DNA from: Clostridiales bacterium | GTDB lineage: Bacteria; Bacillota; Clostridia; Saccharofermentanales; Saccharofermentanaceae | Assembly: GCA_017513085.1 (NCBI GenBank) | Contig: JAFWDK010000012.1 | Span: 8,310 to 72,309 of the forward strand | Direction of reading: 5' to 3' | DNA: 64,000 nt | Shown here: piece by piece, positions 58,884 through 64,000 of the stretch | Layout: each line of letters starts with the position of its first letter | Position numbering within the stretch: position 1 is the stretch's first letter | Position numbers and translations under genes: made by a program | The notes under the pieces: model-generated | What the model was told of the DNA's origin: nothing | Databases searched by the model: none | The model's input: only the letters and a program-made list of their open reading frames with translations

Positions 58884-61694
58884 ATGATTTGCATTGGGGA
58901 GAAGTATCATAGAAGAAATAAGAAGAATTTCATACGCACGATCGGCGTGAGTGTATGCACGTTTATGGTGGCTATGGCTGTGATGATCGGAACATCCGCC
59001 AGAGTACTTGCCGCGAACAAAGCATATCAAGTAGAAGTGCTTTTTGATCAGAGCGGGGCGAGAGGAATGCTCGAGCTGGTTAATGATTTCCGGACGGGGG
59101 ATAATGCTTGGGCGTGGGATGCGAATGGACAGAAAGTCTACTATGAGCGTGGGCCGCTTAGTTATGACTATAACCTGGAACAGATCGCGATGCAGAGAGC
59201 GGTTGAGCAGATCATGAGATGGGGACATGACAGACCGGACGGGTCGAGTTGCTTCTCGCTTGTGTATAACGGGACCAAGTCGATGGGCGAAAATGTCGCG
59301 ATGAACTGGACGACCGTGGAAGATGCTTTTAAACAGTTTTTGGAAGAAGATGAAGACTATTCGGGCCAGGGGCACAGACGGGCGATGCTTGGCGTGGGCT
59401 GGAACAACTATACGCATATCGGTATTGCGCATGTGGTGTATAACGGCTGGCATTACTATGTTCAGGAATTTGCTACAAAAGGAAGCGGTGCGGCGTATTC
59501 GGCGCCGGTCGATACGACGCAGGTGCGGCAGATCGTGGCGGATTCTGATTCGCTTGCGTTGAGCGCGACACTGAGATCGTCGTCGAGAAGGCTTGAGTTT
59601 GATACGACGGCGGAACTGCCGGAGCTGAAAGTGCTTCTCAAAGAGGCATCCAGTTCCTGGGGAGGTATGCAGGTGCCGCTTACGGATGTGAAGCTGACGT
59701 GGACGTCGAAGGATACGTCGGTAGTGAAAGTGGTGGATGGGAAACTGCAGGGCGTCGCGCCGGGAAAGACTACGGTCGAAGTACAAGTGGTTCTGGATGG
59801 AATGACAGCGACGGATTCTCTGGATGTGGAAGTGACGCAGGGAAAGATCCGGGCGGAGGATGTCGGGGAGATACCTGATCAGAAATATACGGGGAATTCA
59901 ATCGAACCGCCGGTGACCGTGACGAGGAACGGACGCGTGCTGAAGGCGGGGACGGACTATGAGGTGTCTTACTCCTATAACACTCGGCCGGGAACGGCAT
60001 ATGCAGTGATTTCGGGAATCGGAAACTATACGGGAAGTTGCAGGAAAAGTTTTGTGATCAACAAGAAAGAAATAACAGATTTGACGATACTGGTGGAAGA
60101 CGCGACGTATTGCGGCAGCGCGCTCGAACCGGAAGTGGTCGTCATGGATGGCGAGAGGGTGCTCGAGAGCAGTGAGTATCGCGTGAGCTACAGCAATAAT
60201 GTCAATGCGGGAGAAGCCCTCGTGACAGTGAGCGCGGCTATGGGCACCGGGTACGAAGGAGAAACAGGAATCCCGTTCAATATCCACCCCGCAGATCTCG
60301 GAGAAGACAACGTCGTCAGTGCTTTTAGCGTATTCGCGACGACCTATAACGGGCAGGAGGCGAAGCCTGTTCCGATGATCCAGGCGTTTGGAAAAACGCT
60401 CACGAAAGATGTGGATTTCACTTTGATGTATGCGAATAATGTGAATGCGGGAATGGCTATGGTTACGGCCGTAGGAAAAGGAAATTTCTGCGGGCAGTAT
60501 AGCGGCGAGTTTGAGATCTATCCGCTTTCACTTGAGGAGATCGCGACGATCGGGGAGATCCCGGATCAGGTGTACTATGGTGAGCCGGTGGAGCCGGAGA
60601 TCACGGTGAGCCTGACTGATGGTTCTGTTCTGGTTTCGGGGCAGGACTATACGGTTTACTATGAGTCGAATGAAGCGGTCGGGTATGGCTATGCTTTTGC
60701 CCAGGGTATCGGGAATTATACGTCGGAGATCAGTCGTGGATTCCGGATCGGGGCGGCGCCGACGCCGACACCGGGAACGGATCCGATATTGACCGGAGCG
60801 CCGACGCCGACGGTCACGCCTGCACCGGGTGTGAGTGTGACACCGGTTCCTATGCCGACGGGGGCGCCGGGTGTTTCGCCGACACCTTATCCGGGTATTC
60901 CGGGTATGCCGACGCCGACGATGACGCCGGTGCCGGGACATGAGCCTTCGATTGCGGATTTTGTGGAACGATTGTATACGATCGCGCTGAACCGTAAAGC
61001 TGAACCTGAGGGAAAAGCATTCTGGGTCAACGAGATCAATAGCGGAAACAGGACCGGCGGCGAATGTGCGCATTTCTTCCTGATCGATGCGGAAGAGTTC
61101 CTGAATCGCGGACTTAGCACCGAGGATTTCGTGGAGACGTTGTACAAGACATTCTTTGACCGTGCGTCGGAGCCTTCCGGAAAAGCGTACTGGGTGGGAG
61201 AACTCAAGAGTGGCAGGAAGAGTAGAGAAGACGTGATCAATGGATTTATTGATTCCACGGAGTGGTGCAATATTTGCGCGACATATGGAGTGAAGTCCGG
61301 TGCACCGAGTGCCAAGGCGGAGATCGCGTCAAGAAATGCGACTCGTTTTGCGACACGCCTTTATACATGCTGTCTGGGAAGATCTCCGGAACCGGGCGGA
61401 CTGAAATACTGGTCGTTAGCATTAACTAACCTTGAGCAGACAGGTTGTTCTGCGGCGAAACTTTTCTTCACGAGTGAGGAATTTGTCGGGTTCAATTTGA
61501 GAGATGAAGAATATGTCAGACGGCTCTATACGACCTTTATGGACCGAGTACCGTCCGATCCGGAAGTGGCGTACTGGGTAAGCGAGATCGCGAAGAAAAC
61601 CCAGACGAGAGAGAGCATTCTTGCTTACTTCGGAAGCAGTGAAGAATTCACGGCGATATGTAAAATGTACGGTATTGAACGAGGCACGATGTAA
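58884..61694 (+). CDS. Secreted CAP/SCP-domain protein with Ig-like/MBG-type repeats and DUF4214-type C-terminus
   Basis: GGGAGG RBS; CAP motifs 'LVNDFR', 'HDRPDG', 'GENVA', 'GHRRAML', 'VQEF'; Big_2 'WTSKDTSVVKV'; repeats 'DYxVSYxNN..G.A....G.GNY'; PT linker; ends YGIERGTM. Confidence 0.88.
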   Translation: MICIGEKYHRRNKKNFIRTIGVSVCTFMVAMAVMIGTSARVLAANKAYQVEVLFDQSGARGMLELVNDFRTGDNAWAWDANGQKVYYERGPLSYDYNLEQIAMQRAVEQIMRWGHDRPDGSSCFSLVYNGTKSMGENVAMNWTTVEDAFKQFLEEDEDYSGQGHRRAMLGVGWNNYTHIGIAHVVYNGWHYYVQEFATKGSGAAYSAPVDTTQVRQIVADSDSLALSATLRSSSRRLEFDTTAELPELKVLLKEASSSWGGMQVPLTDVKLTWTSKDTSVVKVVDGKLQGVAPGKTTVEVQVVLDGMTATDSLDVEVTQGKIRAEDVGEIPDQKYTGNSIEPPVTVTRNGRVLKAGTDYEVSYSYNTRPGTAYAVISGIGNYTGSCRKSFVINKKEITDLTILVEDATYCGSALEPEVVVMDGERVLESSEYRVSYSNNVNAGEALVTVSAAMGTGYEGETGIPFNIHPADLGEDNVVSAFSVFATTYNGQEAKPVPMIQAFGKTLTKDVDFTLMYANNVNAGMAMVTAVGKGNFCGQYSGEFEIYPLSLEEIATIGEIPDQVYYGEPVEPEITVSLTDGSVLVSGQDYTVYYESNEAVGYGYAFAQGIGNYTSEISRGFRIGAAPTPTPGTDPILTGAPTPTVTPAPGVSVTPVPMPTGAPGVSPTPYPGIPGMPTPTMTPVPGHEPSIADFVERLYTIALNRKAEPEGKAFWVNEINSGNRTGGECAHFFLIDAEEFLNRGLSTEDFVETLYKTFFDRASEPSGKAYWVGELKSGRKSREDVINGFIDSTEWCNICATYGVKSGAPSAKAEIASRNATRFATRLYTCCLGRSPEPGGLKYWSLALTNLEQTGCSAAKLFFTSEEFVGFNLRDEEYVRRLYTTFMDRVPSDPEVAYWVSEIAKKTQTRESILAYFGSSEEFTAICKMYGIERGTM

Positions 61695-61735
61695 AGAAGA
61701 CGTGCCTGGCAAGTACTGGCGGAAATGACTTGTTT

Positions 61736-61778
61736 GAACGGGATTTTGTGCGATGGGATGCATGAAATCCCGTTCTTT
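61736..61778 (+). terminator. Probable terminator
   Basis: GAACGGGATTT...AAATCCCGTTC followed by TTT. Confidence 0.55.
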
Positions 61779-61957
61779 GAGTGAATAAAATGTCACCTTG
61801 TATTTATTCAAAATCCATTGATTTGCTTAAGTTTGATCCGTAGAATGTATGGGAAGGAATAAGAGAAGTGGCTGAGGAATAATAGCATATTTACCGTCTG
61901 CGGACGTTAATTTTTTGCGCCTTTTTTCTTGGCCCGATAAAGAAATGAGGTGACTAT

Positions 61958-64000
61958 ATGTTGAAATGGAAATGTGGTCTCATAGCCGGTTTAAGTTTTT
62001 TTGCCTTCACTGCCGGTATGGGACTTATCTCTTCTTCGGGAACGATTCGTGCGGATGAAAAGGAGCGTCCGGACGAGGTCGAGATCAATGAGACAAATTT
62101 CCCGGATGCGGAGTTCCGGGGATTTGCAGAGCTTTGCGACTTGGATAAGAATGGAAAGCTGAGCACGAAGGAACGCGATGCAGTCAAGAAGATCGACCTT
62201 ACTTATTTGGATGTGAAATCCGTGGAAGGTATCTCGTATTTTGAAAAACTGGAGGATTTTACTTGCTCGTCAGAGGCACTCAAATCTATTGATCTGAGTG
62301 GAATGCAAGAGCTGAACTATGTAAATACTATGTTTTCCGGCATCAACAATGTCGATGTAAGTAATTGCCCTAAACTGGAAGAATTGAGACTAGGTTATTC
62401 TCCTGTCAAAGAACTGAAGATGGAGAATTGTCCGAGTCTTGTTGAACTTGATGTTTCCGGTTCATCCCTAAAGACGATCGATCTGAGTAATTTACCGAAA
62501 CTTGAGTATTTCTGCGCAATGGAATCGAAGTTTAAGGAATTGGATTTCAGTAAAAATCCGAAACTCACTGATCTGGATTGCAGTGCCAGTACGGTGGAGT
62601 CCTTGGACCTTAGTAAAAATTCTAATCTTTTAAGGCTCTATGTTTCCGATACAGGTCTTACTTCTCTGGATCTGTCCGCTTGCAGTTTCCTGAAAGAATT
62701 ATCTTGTGATAATACTTCACTAAAAGAACTAGACGTGAAGGATAAAGCTTATCTTGAACTGTTGTGGTGTTCGGATTGTGGCTTGTCCGCTATCGATCTT
62801 TCGGGATGTGAATCACTGAGAGAGGTTATTGCGGAAAACAATCCGTTATCTTCTCTTGAAGTTTCTTCATGTTCAGATATCGAGACCATCGATATTGCCG
62901 GGAATAATATTGAAGCACTTGATGCCAGCGGTCTCAAATATCTTCGGATTCTGGTCCTGGATGGAAACCCGATCAACAGTTTGGATGTAAGCGGATGTGA
63001 AAGTCTTACGTTGTTTTCATTAGTCGGCGGAGGAATGGATTCCATTGACCTGAGTGATTGTACTTCCTTGACACAGTTGCTTATTGCGGAGAATCCTTCA
63101 CTTAAGACTCTCGATCTGACGAAAAACATTAATCTTCGCGAGGCGACCGTAGCGATGAATCCGAAGCTCGATACATTGAAGTTCGGAACATGTCAGGCTA
63201 TGAAGCAGTTGGAGTGCAGCGGAAATAATCTGAGTGAAATGGATTTCAGTCTTTTCCCCAATGTGGATTTCCTTTTCTGCGATGGGAATCATATCCCGAA
63301 AATCGATCTTTCCAAAAACTCGAATCTGACGTTGTTCTCCTGTGTGGAAGGTTCGCTTCAGGAACTGATCCTTCCTGAAAACGGAAGACTGGTCATCGCT
63401 CAGGTTCCGAGTAACAAGCTCAAAGAACTGGATCTGAGCAATTGTTCTGAACTGAGAATTCTCTATCTGGATAATAATGATTTCGAGTCGATCGATATTT
63501 CCCTTGCCAAGAAGCTTATGATCTGCTCATTGAGCGGTAATCCGATCAAAGATCTGGATATTCGTAATTCGGCTAAGCTCGTGAATCTCGTCAAGACAAT
63601 GGAGCGTCAGACGACAGAAGATGGCCTTTCTTATTACTACACGGATATGGAAGAAGAGCATGCTCTGAATCTTAATAAGGAAGAGCTTATGCAATTCAGC
63701 AAAGATCCGGAATCCAACATCACAGTTATAAGCCGTTACTTATGCTATCCGAAAAAAACCGAACTGATCACGGAAGATCCGACACCAACACCTACGCCGA
63801 CACCGACACCTACGCCATCTCCGGCTCCGGAAAAGAGTGCGACGATCGGTGATTTTGTAGATCGTCTTTACACCGAGGCGCTCGGCCGTGCTTCGGAAGA
63901 AGCAGGCAAGAAGTATTGGGTCACTGAGATCACAAGTGGCAGAAAGACCGGTGGTGATTGCGGTCTGTTCTTCCTGACCGGCGAGGAATTCGCAAACAGA
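61958..64000 (+). CDS. Secreted LRR surface protein with DUF4214-type C-terminus (3' truncated; missing from ORF track)
   Basis: GAGGTG RBS; MLKWKCGLIAG signal peptide; 'INETNFPDAEFR..DLDKNGKLS' cap; many LRRs; PT linker; in-frame 'IGDFVDRLYTEALGRASE' running off the window end. Confidence 0.88.
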   Translation, partial: MLKWKCGLIAGLSFFAFTAGMGLISSSGTIRADEKERPDEVEINETNFPDAEFRGFAELCDLDKNGKLSTKERDAVKKIDLTYLDVKSVEGISYFEKLEDFTCSSEALKSIDLSGMQELNYVNTMFSGINNVDVSNCPKLEELRLGYSPVKELKMENCPSLVELDVSGSSLKTIDLSNLPKLEYFCAMESKFKELDFSKNPKLTDLDCSASTVESLDLSKNSNLLRLYVSDTGLTSLDLSACSFLKELSCDNTSLKELDVKDKAYLELLWCSDCGLSAIDLSGCESLREVIAENNPLSSLEVSSCSDIETIDIAGNNIEALDASGLKYLRILVLDGNPINSLDVSGCESLTLFSLVGGGMDSIDLSDCTSLTQLLIAENPSLKTLDLTKNINLREATVAMNPKLDTLKFGTCQAMKQLECSGNNLSEMDFSLFPNVDFLFCDGNHIPKIDLSKNSNLTLFSCVEGSLQELILPENGRLVIAQVPSNKLKELDLSNCSELRILYLDNNDFESIDISLAKKLMICSLSGNPIKDLDIRNSAKLVNLVKTMERQTTEDGLSYYYTDMEEEHALNLNKEELMQFSKDPESNITVISRYLCYPKKTELITEDPTPTPTPTPTPTPSPAPEKSATIGDFVDRLYTEALGRASEEAGKKYWVTEITSGRKTGGDCGLFFLTGEEFANR

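Overview
Chromosomal window from a Clostridia-like (probably rumen or anaerobic Firmicute) bacterium; the taxon is inferred from gene content. (1) 1-12.3 kb: AT-rich cluster of secreted surface proteins. They have variable N-terminal passengers (LRR, FN3/Ig, CHAP-like), a Pro/Thr linker and a shared C-terminal DUF4214-type anchor, and are separated by a recurring terminator/promoter/hairpin junction motif. (2) 12.7-27.2 kb: AT-rich defence island with a complete type I-E CRISPR-Cas locus (cas3, cas8e, cas11, cas7, cas5, cas6e, cas1, cas2-DEDDh; 26 repeats, 25 spacers). It is followed by a DUF2075 nuclease-helicase plus MazG-like pair and a stand-alone HATPase gene, both candidate defence modules. 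(3) 27.4-56 kb: higher-GC housekeeping and signalling genes (two-component systems, ABC exporter, CBS-PPase, GH43, hybrid kinase plus diguanylate cyclase, serS, pssA-like, type II pantothenate kinase, hemZ). (4) 56.3-64 kb: further surface proteins, an unannotated 48-aa 'EDVIT' peptide and a 5-unit 63-bp palindromic array. No rRNA, tRNA, transposase or integrase gene was recognised. All family calls come from motif recognition by eye, not database searches.
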